A model generated the notes under the pieces. The model was not told the DNA's origin. It ran no database searches and saw only the letters and a program-made list of their open reading frames with translations. This document shows, piece by piece, positions 40,854 to 52,439 of a DNA stretch of 64,000 bases (within the stretch, counting starts at the first letter, position 1; each line of letters opens with the position of its first letter). A program made the translations under genes and the position numbers. The DNA comes from the human T2T-CHM13v2.0 reference genome, Homo sapiens. The stretch is from assembly GCF_009914755.1 (NCBI RefSeq), contig NC_060929.1. One strand, given 5' to 3'.

Positions 40854-41248
40854 TGATATAGTTTGGATGTTGTCCCCACTTATATCTCATGTCAAAATGT
40901 AATCCCAGTGTTGGAAGCAGGGCCTGGTGGGAGTGATTGGATCATGGGTGTGAATTTCTCAGCACCATCCCCTTGGTGCTGTTCCAGCGACAGTGAGTTC
41001 TCTCAAGGTGTGGTTGTTTAAAAGTGTGTATCACCTCCTGCCTTGCTCTCTCTTGCCTCTGATTTTGGCATGTGAACTGCCTGCGCCCACTTTGCCTTCT
41101 GCCTTGAGTAAAAGCTCCCTGAGGTCTCTCCAGAAGCAGAGGCCACCATGCTTCTGTACAGCCTGCAGAACCCTGAACCAATTAAATCTCATATAAATTA
41201 CCCAGTCTCAGGTATTTCTTTATAGCAATGTGAGGATGGACTAATACA
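40854..41248 (+). mobile_element. Solo MaLR LTR (MST-like)
   Basis: TGATATAGTTTGGATG start, TACCCAGTCTCAGGTATTTCTTTATAGCAATG...GGACTAATACA end. Confidence 0.85.
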
Positions 41249-42142
41249 ACCATCTATGACAAAGAAAATTAATTTGAAAGTATTGAAAATTATAATTCCT
41301 TCTGTATGTCATGACATAGCCCTTAAAATAGTTCACGTAATTCTTAAACTACTAGAGTTATGGTGCACACTGTAACAGTGACAGTACACACAGTAACATG
41401 GTTCTTGTTTCAGTCTTGGAAGACTTTGGGATATTCATCCTTGATAATTACATAATTTAAAATAAAAGCTAATAAAGTTGCCTTCAAGTCATTTTGTATG
41501 CTGATCACAATATTCTCTGTGACAAGTTTACTGCTGTTCACATTCCTATATCGCAGTGGCACCTTGGTTTTTAAAAGGAAGGCTATGAAGGGGATTGGGT
41601 TGGTTGAGGGTAACCTTTGGTGGGGGTAACAAATACTGAAATATAAAAACTAATGTACACTTATCACATGGTTTACAGTTTCTGTGAATTCTGTGTTTAT
41701 GAAAACGTTAAGTCCTGTGAGAGATTTTCAATCCCCAATTGTTTTGGCTGTCTACATATGCAAAGTCTTGTCTTAATTTAATAAGGAATTGAAATTTACA
41801 GCAAAGCCTGTTTACACAGCATTTAAAACAGTATAGATCAACTGGTTTCTGCAGTCTTTGAAAAAAGAAAAAAACTAAAATAAAATCAGTATTTAATACT
41901 TAGTGAAATTCTGTTAAACTATTTAAAATTATGATCGCTGTTAATGTATCAAAAAGCAAAACCAATATACTAGTATGATACATTAGAAAGAGAATAGGCT
42001 TTGGGGTCAGGCTGGCTTTTTCCCTGACTAGCTATGTAACCTTGGACAATTTATCTACCCTGTTCTTTGGCAAAATGTTCCTAATACCACTTAACTGTAG
42101 AGTCAGGAGGGTTAAACAGGATCCTGTTTTCTATGTCTTAGA

Positions 42143-42468
42143 CCAAGAGTTTGCACACTTTTCCTGTAAAGGGCCAGAAAGTAAATATGCTTTGTAGGCC
42201 TGGGTTCTCTGTCACAGCTAATCAGCTTCATTGTTATAGCATAAAAGCAGCCATAGACAATACATAAACAAATGAGCCTAGCTGTGTTCTAATTAAACAT
42301 TATTCACAGATGCTGAAAATTGATTTTCATTTATTCTCATGTCACAAAATAGTCTTCTGATTTTTTTCAACTACTTCAAGATGTAAAAAATCGTTCTTAG
42401 CTTGCAGCCCCTACAAAAACAGGTAGCAGGCCAGATTTGGCCCATGGGCCATAGTCTGCCAACCCTAG
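42143..42468 (+). mobile_element. hAT-Charlie MITE (MER58B-like)
   Basis: TTTCCTGTAAAGGGCCAG...GCAGCCATAGACAATAC...GGGCCATAGTCTGCCAACCC. Confidence 0.75.
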
Positions 42469-44379
42469 CCTTAAGACACTTAATCCTTGTAACACTCTGT
42501 GAAGTAAATGGTACTACATTTTTATTTTGTAGATGAGGTAAATAGGTATGGAGTTATTAGGTGATTTTCTCAGAGTCCCATAGCTAGTAGGTGTTATAAC
42601 CATAAAAATTACTATTATAGAACCTTACGCTTGGTCCACAAAATCAACTGAAATAGTAGACATTTTTGCAACACTTCCATCCATTAATTCCACAAGGATT
42701 TCTTGCACTGTGAGGCTGATACAGTGCTAGACCCATTAAAAGAACCTTATGGTTCTTGTAAGCTGTTCCTTGTTGATAGCCTTTGTTTTAATGTTTAAAA
42801 GAATGGCTCAGTTGAAACACAGGCAGGAAAAAATCAGTATCTTGGTTTTATGCAGCCTTTCCACACACACACCTGCCCCCAACGTGCTTCAGATACTTTT
42901 TTTCATTCATTCTCTAAACATCCGTGTGTGATAAGGTAAGAATTAACTTCCCTATTTAATGTTTGGGGAAACAGGATGGAGCTTGGGGACGTTGTATGAC
43001 TTTGACACTGTGTCTCAGGGCCATAATATTAACATGAGAACCAGAACTCTTATTTTCAACATCTTTCTTAGTACAAATGCTACAGTGGAAATGGAGGAAT
43101 AATACACAAAAATATAGCTCTGAGGCTAATTTCATCATGACACAAATGATCTAAGACAACAGTAGTTCAGTAAAGGTTTTCAGAAGAATTTCCTATCTTG
43201 CAATGAACACAGCTAGAGCAGTGTAAAGAAGTATACCCATCTAGATTATAAACATAATATAAATGTTAAAATCACGTTTTTCTTAAATGTGGATTTGCTT
43301 CTTGACTAAAATTAGTGGCATGCTGGCATTTGCCACTTTTTTAAATGGAAGAAAGTTGCATTTATTTCATATATAAGAGTGAGATGCCTAAATATGTTGA
43401 CTATATTTGCCAATTACAAAACCTTATAAAAGTTTTCCTAATATTTTATTAAACCGGGAAGCAGGCAGTTTAAAAAAAAAAATCCCTTTTGAAGCTATGT
43501 AGGGTAAGAAAAAAACAAAGGTATTTCAGAATGAGAATATTCAAGCCTGGATTGATCTTCCAAAGCGAGCTTCAGCTTCTTGAGCACTGCTTTATTGCTT
43601 CAGATTAAAATACATGCTCAATGTATGCTATTGCCATTGTGTGATTTTGCTCAGTACTTTCTAAAGGAAGTAAGCAGAACTTCTCTACAGCTTTCAGTTT
43701 TAAAAATATATATCCATGGTTCACATTTTAAGTACTTCAGTCCACTTAGATTTTACAAACCACTCATTATCAGTTCTTTCAGATGTTGGGGAAATATTGC
43801 TATTTATATTCTCATAGTAAAGGACATGTAGTCCTCTACTACACTGGATCAATCATATGAAATGTATCTGCTCCTTCATCTTTTAAAACCAGAAACAGTG
43901 ACCCCCCACCACCAAAACACACATATACACAAACAAGAACTTTCAACATCCTTGTGTTTGTTTGAATTAATAGTTGTGAGAAAGTCCCATTATTGTATTG
44001 TGTAAATTTGTAGTCATACAGTCATATACAAATAATATTAAAATTCATACATAGTTATAATGCTGCTGTCCCTAGAGAGCTGGCATGTCTCCTCAATAGT
44101 GGTAATAGCACATTTTTCTACCCTACCAACTTCCTCCCATCCTCACACCCCTTTTAATTTGTAGTTATTAACATTTTATTCTAGATTTATTGTTCATACC
44201 ACCACAGATTATCAGCCCTTGAGTTCGTCTTCCTGTAAGGTCATCTAGTGACTTATATTCTTTAATTACTTGGATTATTTAACTTTTTTTCTCCTTAGTG
44301 AAGAAATGGAAATGACCTTTAAACTTTTCTACTTTATATCCAAGAATATTGTTTTAAAGAAAGAAACATACACATAAAA

Positions 44380-46086
44380 AAATACTGATAACGACTATTT
44401 TATAAATATGTAACTGTATTTTTCTTCCTGTCCAGAAACTGTTATTGAATAAAATTCAGGTATATTCCTCCAAAACCCACACAGTTCAGAGATTTTCAAA
44501 CACCAGGTTTCCATTTGTATTAAAATGGGCAAGATAATGAAGGCACAGGCTCACTTTGTATCAATAAAGGACATCAAACACAGTCATGAGGCACTAATGA
44601 CATAAGCAATCACAAAAAGCAAGTGTTCAAAGTCTTCAGTAACTCTTCTCCCTTTAACATTTGGCAAAACTCAGTCCAGATATTTTAATACCTCAGAAAG
44701 AAAAAATAAATAAGAGTAGCTACATTAAAATGTCAGATTACTTATAATTAGTCTTTAGAAATATAAGGGATAAAATGAAAGGAAGAGAACACAGATTTCC
44801 TATATTCTTGGATTATCCTTCCTTTCTGAGGGTCTCAGATGTCTCTATGCATCTGCCAAAATGCCAGCTGTACCTGAAGATTTAAGAGATTTTTGGTAGT
44901 TGCTGGCATGGTCCCTCGACACTTAAAGTTTATATCACAAAAACAAAACTAGGTTGGTTTCAGCTCTTTAGTCCTTTGTTAAAAACCATAAATCAAATTT
45001 GGTTATTTAAAAGTGACCTTAAAAAGTTTAAAGGAAAATATATATATTCTATCTTCCCAATAAGAAACAGATTCCATATTTATACTTAAATGGCAAATAA
45101 ATATATTTTAAAGCCAAGCAAGTTCCTCTCCTCTATACAGGCTAAGAAAACAGAGTTATTATATCTTTATTGCTGATGATCACATCACTCATCAAGAACT
45201 AGTTTCACAATTTTAGGAGACTTTTTTCATGACATAATATAAAAGATAAGGGTCTAACTTAAGTCTGAGCAGGCAGAATAGAGCTGTGCTCCCAACATCC
45301 CTATCACAAACATATGACGAATGAACAACAAAACAACTGAATCTGTTTACATCATAACCATTGTCTATGTGATACACAACTGCTTGCTTTCTATGGGTTA
45401 ATACCACCCACTGCAAGACTAGAGATGGCAGTCAATGGAGCATGCTTCTTTACAAATAAGCCTAAGTCTACAACTGCAGAAATAACATGGAAACGTTTCA
45501 GTCTATCCAGAGTACTTAAATATACTTTTAAATTTTTTCCTAAGAAATTAATTTTGATAGTATTTCCCAAGTCCTTCAACTAAGATACCTTGATAATTTC
45601 GGTCTTTTTTACATCAAAATCTATCCGTTGAAAAAAAAATTTTCCAGGTATTAGGAATAAGGAAGCTGGTAACAGCATGTATTCACAATTAATTGTTAAT
45701 ATTTTTCAGTAAGTTACAATAAACTGTTTTGCATGCTTGAAAAACTGTAAAGAAAAAGAATATTTATAGGAGGATTTTAATAGTTTGGTTTTTGTTTTTT
45801 TCTTTTTGCTTTAAAAACAACCCCTAATATTTATCTCTGACAACACAGTGGTGTGTATAAAGTTCATTTCCATGCTTATTACACAAAAATAACGATCAGA
45901 AATATCAATCTATCAGTGTCAGCTGATATATATCCAATTAATTCACTGCAGGAGGGAAAATAAAACAAATCTAAAGTAATCATTAAAGCTTACAGTTCAA
46001 TTTTTTTCTTTTCCTTTTTTTTTTTTTTTTTCTTGTTTGAAATTTTTTTGGTGTTTTTTGTGCTCTGTTGCAAGCTGATTCCTAGA
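44380..46086 (-). other. RETREG1: RETREG1 3' UTR (~1.7 kb, AU-rich); 3' end inferred
   Basis: Follows the TAA stop; candidate poly(A) signals AATAAA 45166-45171, TATAAA 44399-44404 (followed by a U/GU-rich tract), AATAAA 44186-44191 and 44175-44180. Confidence 0.6.
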
Positions 46087-46580
46087 TTAATGGCCTCCCA
46101 GCAGATTTGAAAGGAAACCTGAAGACTTCTTATTTTGCTGTGCTTCTGCTTCCTGGTCTTGTGTAAGTCCCAATTCACTCTCAATTTGATCCAGCTCTGA
46201 CTGGTCAAGTAGTTCAAAGTCATCACCTTCTTCAGTGTCTGTGTCCTCTTCTGGGATGGGGGCAGCCTGAGAAAGTGCTTGCTGCACACCCTCTAACTGG
46301 TCTTTGATAGCTGCAGTCACTGCAGCTGTGATAACATCCCCAGCCAGGTTGCTCATCAGGTGAAAGGTTTGGTCACTGTTCAGAGGAAGGGTGAGACCAG
46401 CTGCTGATTGCGTCTCTTTGCTTGGTCTGTGACCACTGTCCAACTGTTCCTTCTTTCTCTTGAGCTCAGTGGGCAAACCAAGGCTTAATTCATCTTCATC
46501 ATTTGTTCCCATGCCATTTTCTAGAGATGGAAAATCTGAAAGATCTCTAGAGAAAACTTCCTCACTGGGTCGGTCAAGAT
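46087..46580 (-). CDS. RETREG1: RETREG1 terminal exon coding part (494 nt): [10 protein letters not shown]...[13 protein letters not shown]...SNLLGGH*; LIR DDFELL at 46207-46224
   Basis: TTTCACAG|AT acceptor; ORF 46087-46512 matches the FAM134B C-terminus. Confidence 0.97.
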
Positions 46581-47864
46581 CTGTGAAATGGATAACAGAA
46601 GTTCAGACTGAAGCACCATAACAAATTTCAAATAAAAGTGCTGTCTAAAGATATCTGACTTTAATCTGAACCCTCTGGCAACCTTGGCATTCATCTAGCC
46701 TCCTGGGTCAACTTGAATCAATTTAACCACATACTGAACTCCTCCTAATCCTGCAACACTCTTTCTCCACAGGGACACAAATACTACACATCCCTCTCCA
46801 TATTTAGCTTTCCTCTTAAGCACAAAACAGTGTATTTACTGACTTAACATTCACCTTTGTCTGATATTAGCTTGAGGTTTTGACTAAAGTTTAAGCATTT
46901 ACTATAAAAATTCCCCATCCTGCGCCTAGGGTGGGAATTATCTTAAGCCAATGAGTACACATGTACATGAAATTTAAAATACTATAATAAGTTTCCTTGG
47001 GTTTTGGTTAATATTATCCAGCCTCAGCATTTTCATACATAGAGATCTATTTCAGTGCCTGTAATCTGTGTTTGTTTTAAGCAATGAAAGGAAGATACTG
47101 CTCCTTCTATTCCATATAACCCAAGAGTTTATGGAAACATTTGGCTCTCTATAACTATAGCTGAAACTGACCATACCAAGATTTAGGACATTTGAAAGCA
47201 ATGTCACATTAGAAGGCTAATAGATTTTATTGTTTTTACCTTTCATATAAAATCTTTTAATATAACAGTTAACTCCCTGCAACAGTGATTTGAAATCTTC
47301 AATTAATGAAAAGCCTTGTATGTGGCTTGGATTATTATTGTCTCTTTTGTTGAATCTGAGATGGGATGCTTAAGAACAAGGTACTTGTTATTCTTGTTCT
47401 TTAAAATATGACCTCAAATTGTAGGTACTGAAAGCTTGTAGAGCTTGAATGACCTTCAGCAATGCTCCTGTTCTAATTTAAAGGTGAGGAAATTGAGATC
47501 CACAAAAATTATGTCACCCGTTCAAGGTCATAAAGTTAGGTAGTGACAAAGGCAAGACTCCACTTGGGTCTTCCACCTTCCAAACCCATCTTCTTTCAAA
47601 CACTGCACAGCCTCCCTCCCTCCTTCCTTTAAAAACAGAAAATGTCCTTTTGGAACATAAGTGTAAAATAGTTCATTCACCCTCCTCCTTTATAATCTGC
47701 TCATATGTTCAGTATATGGCCAAAACAAGGTAATCCAGTGAGACTAACAAAAGTTAAGTTACTGTACAAGCATTGACTCTCAATTTAAGTTTTGGACATA
47801 ATTTGCATTATAAAGAATATTGTGCTTTCCTGTTTTTAATTGTACTTATTATAAACAAAGAATA

Positions 47865-48280
47865 TACTGGATAAAGAAAATGTGGTACACATACACCATG
47901 GAATACTATGCAGCCATAAAAAGGAACGAGATCATGTCCTTTGCAAGGACATGGATGGAGCTGGAAGCCATTATCCTCGGCAAACTAACACAGGAACAGA
48001 AAACCAAACACACTGCCTGTTCTCACCTGTAAGTGGAAGCTGAATAATGAGAACACATAGACACAATGGTGGGGAACAGCACACACTGGGGCCTGTCAAT
48101 AGGGTTGGGGGTGGGAGGAGGGAGAGCATCAAGAAAAATAGCTAATCGATGCTGGGCTTAATACCTAGGTGATGGGATGCAAACCACCATGGCACATGTT
48201 GACCTATGTAACAGACTTGCACATCCTGCACATGTACCCCTGAACTTAAAAGTCGGAAACAAAAAAAATAAAAATAAAAA
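47865..48280 (+). mobile_element. L1PA-type 3' end fragment
   Basis: TGGATAAAGAAAATGTGGTACACATACACCATGGAATACTATGCAGCC (ORF2 C-terminus), G-rich tract, A-tail. Confidence 0.9.
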
Positions 48281-48539
48281 GCTTTTTTAACTTTGAAGAC
48301 AAATGTGAGAAACTCCGGAGTCAGCTTTGGACTCAGGGAACTTGACGTCCATACTTCAGCCCCTTTTAATGAGGACTAGGCCTAAATGTGTAGGATTAGC
48401 GTCTATCTTTCTCTCCCACATTATCGCTTGGGACATTTCAAAGACATTTCAGGAGGTAATTTTTCTAATTTTTGATTATTTTGTTTTCAAAATAAAGGCA
48501 AATTTGGACATTGACTGATTTATTTTCCTCATACTTTTT

Positions 48540-48940
48540 AAAAAACAGCTTTTGATAATTCATGCACCAAAAAAACACCCTTCTAAGGTATACAATTCAG
48601 TGTTTTTTAGTATATTCATAAAGCTGTACAAGCAGCATCACTATCTAATTCTAGGACACTTTCATCACTCCAAAAAGAAATGCATACCAATTAACAGTCA
48701 CTCACTATTCCCTCCATCAGTCCATAGCAGCCACTAACTTAATTTCCCTTTATATGGACCTGCTTATTCTAGGCATTTCATATAAATGGAATTACACAGT
48801 ATGTGGCATTTTGTGTCTGGCTTCTTAGCATGTTTTCAAGGTTCATCCATGTTGTAGCAAGTATCAGGACTTCATTTTTATAGCCAAGTAATATTCTACT
48901 GTGTAGATATGGTGGTAACATGTTATTTACCCATTCAGTA
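48540..48940 (-). mobile_element. Old L1M (L1MB-like) 3' fragment
   Basis: CATTTCATATAAATGGAATTACACAGTATGTGG...TCAAGGTTCATCCATGTTGTAGC. Confidence 0.75.
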
Positions 48941-49007
48941 TTTGACAGAAGTTCAATAGTTTTGTATGCACTCATAAAAATAAATGTATCCAGAAATATT
49001 AGCATAC

Positions 49008-49134
49008 CATCAGAAGTGTCTGTCTGTGGAGTGTATCCTTCTGAAAGGTTGAAGGTCCCATTATCAGTCCAGGATACCTCTGAGACGTCTGTGTCAGACA
49101 CAGATAACTCTTTGGCAGCAACCGTGAGGCTAAT
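49008..49134 (-). CDS. RETREG1: RETREG1 penultimate exon (127 nt): [42 protein letters not shown]
   Basis: ACACAG|AT acceptor, ATG|GTATGC donor (phase 1). Confidence 0.96.
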
Positions 49135-49379
49135 CTGTGTTAATATAAATAAATACCAGCGGCACATTTTAAACTGCTGAAGGGAATATTTTGAAAAATC
49201 CATATGAACCCCCAAAATGACAGAGTAATAAAAACCAAATGGATATTTTTATTTTGAAATCATTCAGTCATCTTACAGAAATATGAGGAGTTTATTAGGA
49301 AGATCATTCAGCTTTGTATGCATACATGCATTTACAGTCAAACCACACAGGAACAAATTGAAAACTAAACAAAAAATAC

Positions 49380-49444
49380 CTTAGGACAAAGAGCTGAAAA
49401 GTCTAATTCACTGTCATCTTTGTGACTTTTTTCTTTATCTGCTT
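49380..49444 (-). CDS. RETREG1: RETREG1 exon (65 nt): [22 protein letters not shown]
   Basis: CAACAG|AA acceptor, AAG|GTATTT donor, frame continuous. Confidence 0.95.
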
Positions 49445-49644
49445 CTGTTGAGGAAAAAATTTGGAAGCTTTCAGTTTCCTAGCCAACTCAGACATAGTGC
49501 ATTTATTTCATTATGTATTCTTACCCCACATTTCTCATATTCTCCAAATACAAATATATATTTCTCATATTCTTAACTACAAATATAATTAAATGTTTGC
49601 ACATAACAAGCTTCACATATTTGCAAAGGAAATGATCCACATTA

Positions 49645-49825
49645 GTGGCTCTCTTAATATTGTCCCTGAAACAGCAAAAGCATCCTCCCTGGGAACTTTT
49701 TAGAAATGCAGATTCTCAGGCCCTACCCTAGACCTACTGAATCAGAAACTCTGGGCTGGGGCCTAGCAATCTGTCCTTTAATAAGCCCTCCACGTGACTC
49801 CGATACATTCTAGTTTGAGAACCTA
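49645..49825 (+). mobile_element. hAT-Charlie MITE (MER5A-like)
   Basis: AGAAATGCAGATTCTCAGGCCCTACCCTAGACCTACTGAATCAGAAACTCTGGG. Confidence 0.8.
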
Positions 49826-50195
49826 TAAGGTCATAAGCCAAGTTAAAAAGTAAGAGATGATTATATTGGCTTTTCCTGTATTTTCTTTTTCTTTGTGATA
49901 GTCCAACCCAAAATAAAACTAAGTAAATCATAAGTAGCACAATAAAGAGTGTTGAAGCCTTTTCTTTCTCCCCTGACACTGTGGATTAAAAAGTCAATTT
50001 ATTTAATTGTATATTTGAGAAAAGAAGGAAAGCCCAAATAGGAAAAGGATATATATAACTTTGAGGGAGATTAGCTTCTATAATAATATTTAGTAAAAAG
50101 CTAAAAGTATCCTCAAATGTATTAAAGAATTTCCTAAAAATAGCTCGCTAATGTCTCATTTCATGCATAGAATCTAAAATATAAACTTTACCTAC

Positions 50196-50333
50196 CAGAT
50201 CTCTCACGTTTCTTCTGATTAATATATTCTCCAATTCCAAAATCCAGTTTCAGCAGAACTGACTTAATTTTGCTGTAAATTTTTTGTCCAATATCATTAC
50301 ATTTAAACAATGGACACAAAAATGCACACAGTA
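50196..50333 (-). CDS. RETREG1: RETREG1 exon (138 nt): [45 protein letters not shown]
   Basis: TTCTTTCAG|TA acceptor, CTG|GTAGGT donor; end of the reticulon-homology domain. Confidence 0.95.
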
Positions 50334-50466
50334 CTGAAAGAAGAAAGAGAGCAGAGGTAAAATGCCTTTCCTTTCAAAAGGCTACGTACATTTCAGTATT
50401 TCACAAAATACTACATTTCTTTACTGAAAAACTTAAGTTTTTTTAAGGGAAATGCCGTTGTGAAAT

Positions 50467-50637
50467 AAGTTTATAATTTCTATTCTTTTTCTGTAAGGTA
50501 AACATTTTCTGCCACCACCCACAAACACACACATGCATCCCACACTTACACAAGTTTATAATTTCTATTCTTTTTCTGTAAGGTAAACATTTTCTACCAC
50601 CACCCACAAACACACACATGCATACCCACACTTACAC
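50467..50637. repeat. Two-copy tandem duplication (85 and 86 bp)
   Basis: 50467-50551 and 50552-50637 differ by one substitution and one 1-bp indel. Confidence 0.95.
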
Positions 50638-51304
50638 AATGCTCACAGTCATTGTTTCCAGGTGCAGTTAGATCAACTCCCTCCTTTCAATCCTTTTATT
50701 CTCAAAATTTATAGAAAAATTACATGCCTTCCAGACAACAGTCCTGGTTTAACTGTGTTTATTCAATGCCATTTCACCATGGGAAAGTTATTAGCCTCTC
50801 ATCAATAATATTAGGATAGTAACATTATTTCTTGGGGTTGTTGTGAAGCATAAATGAAATCAATGCAAACCATCTGAATAATGCCTTGCCCAAATTATTC
50901 TTTCATTCCCCAGTCCTCTTCTCCTTTACCTCCTAAACAATGTCATCATGAGGCTGATGTTATATATGACTTCTTTTGGGGAGAATGGATTTGAGCTCTG
51001 ACCATTTGCCATTTGCATTATGCATTAAGAATACAAAAAGAAGCAAAGATTGCCACACTCTAAGTATTGTATTCCCAATATTTATTTCTTTGTTCGTTTT
51101 AGGAAGTGTCCCGTATTATATTTTAAAATAAGAGCTACAAACTCAAATGTCTCTAAAGGCCAAGAAATTGTATGTAAATTTTAAAGTCCATTGTAAGAAA
51201 AATTGGAAAATATGGGGGTATGTTAAGTGGAGAGTGCCTGCCCCATCGAAAGGTAGCAGTGCCAGATCATAGTTTTCAGGTGAAGAAAATCCATACTTTT
51301 TAAT

Positions 51305-52030
51305 AACATTTTTGGGTGGTCATTGATGTATAATAAAATACATGTATTTAAAGTGTACAATTTGATAAATTTTGACATATGCATACAACTAAGAAGCCAT
51401 CACCATAATCAAGATAGTGAACATGTCTACCAGTAGACATGAAGTTTTCTCATGGTTTTATTCAACCTTCCTTCCAGTCTCCTGCCTCTTCTCCCTGCCC
51501 CCACCCACCTCATCCCCAGGCAACCACTGACCTGCTTTGTCACTAAAGATTGTTTGAATTTTCTGGAATAATATATAAATGGAATCACACTTTTTCATCT
51601 GGTTTTGTCTACTCAGTCTAATTATTTTGAGATTTATCTTTAGTGTTGTATGTATCCATTTTTAGTGCTAAGTAGTAATCCATTATATGGATATACCACA
51701 GTTTGCTTACCCATTCCTCCAATTGATGGATGTATGGATTATATTCTGCTTTTGGCTACTACATATAAATCTGTTATGAACATTTATGTCTTTGTACTTT
51801 CATTTCTTTTGGGTAAGTACCTAGTTGTGGGATAGCTTTGTCATGTAGTAGTTTTTAAGAAACTGCCAAACTGTTATCCAAAGTGATTTTAACATTCTAC
51901 CTACCCCGCAACAGTATGTGAGAATTCCACTTGCTCTGCATCCCTCCTAATACTTGATGTGGTCAGTATTTTTAATTTTAGCCATTCTGGTAGGGATGCA
52001 ATGGTACTTCATTGTGGTTTTAATTATTTT
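51305..52030 (-). mobile_element. Old L1M 3' fragment
   Basis: CCCCAGGCAACCACTGACCTGCTTTGTCACT...AAGAAACTGCCAAACTGTT...TTTTAGCCATTCTGGTAGG. Confidence 0.75.
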
Positions 52031-52354
52031 TTTGAGCCAAAGAACACGCACGAAGGCAAAGGTGTTGGTGTGTTTTTGGGAGGTGGGGCATACAGCTTTA
52101 TGTATACTTTTACTGACAAAATTTAACATAAAATTATTCACTTATAATTCTGCCTTTTGCAGCTATTCTTCCAATTTTAAAATAGAGACATGTCTCTAGG
52201 AAAATGGAGAAACTTTGTACAGCAGGAGATTAAAGAATAATCAACTTGTATTATAGTTAAGAACTCATCCCCCCTCTTCAAACTACAGGTCTGTTGACTG
52301 TAAGGTGATACCATATGCATCACAACACTTAGCCATATGTTCTACTATACTTAC

Positions 52355-52439
52355 ACAGTAGATAGCTGAGTATAACCCCAGGAATGTAACTTCCCAAGAT
52401 CGTAAAAAATGTGCACACACTACAGACCAGGAGACAAAA
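52355..52439 (-). CDS. RETREG1: RETREG1 exon (85 nt): [28 protein letters not shown] (hydrophobic hairpin)
   Basis: TTTCCAG|TT acceptor, TGT|GTAAGT donor. Confidence 0.95.

Noticed and set aside
45990-46289. 99-aa alternative-frame ORF with poly-Lys tail over the RETREG1 last exon
   Set aside because: Off-frame product running into the 3' UTR A-tract; no independent start evidence
47820-48032. ORF with WIKKMWYTYTMEYYAAIK
   Set aside because: C-terminal remnant of L1 ORF2 in a 5'-truncated copy, not a gene
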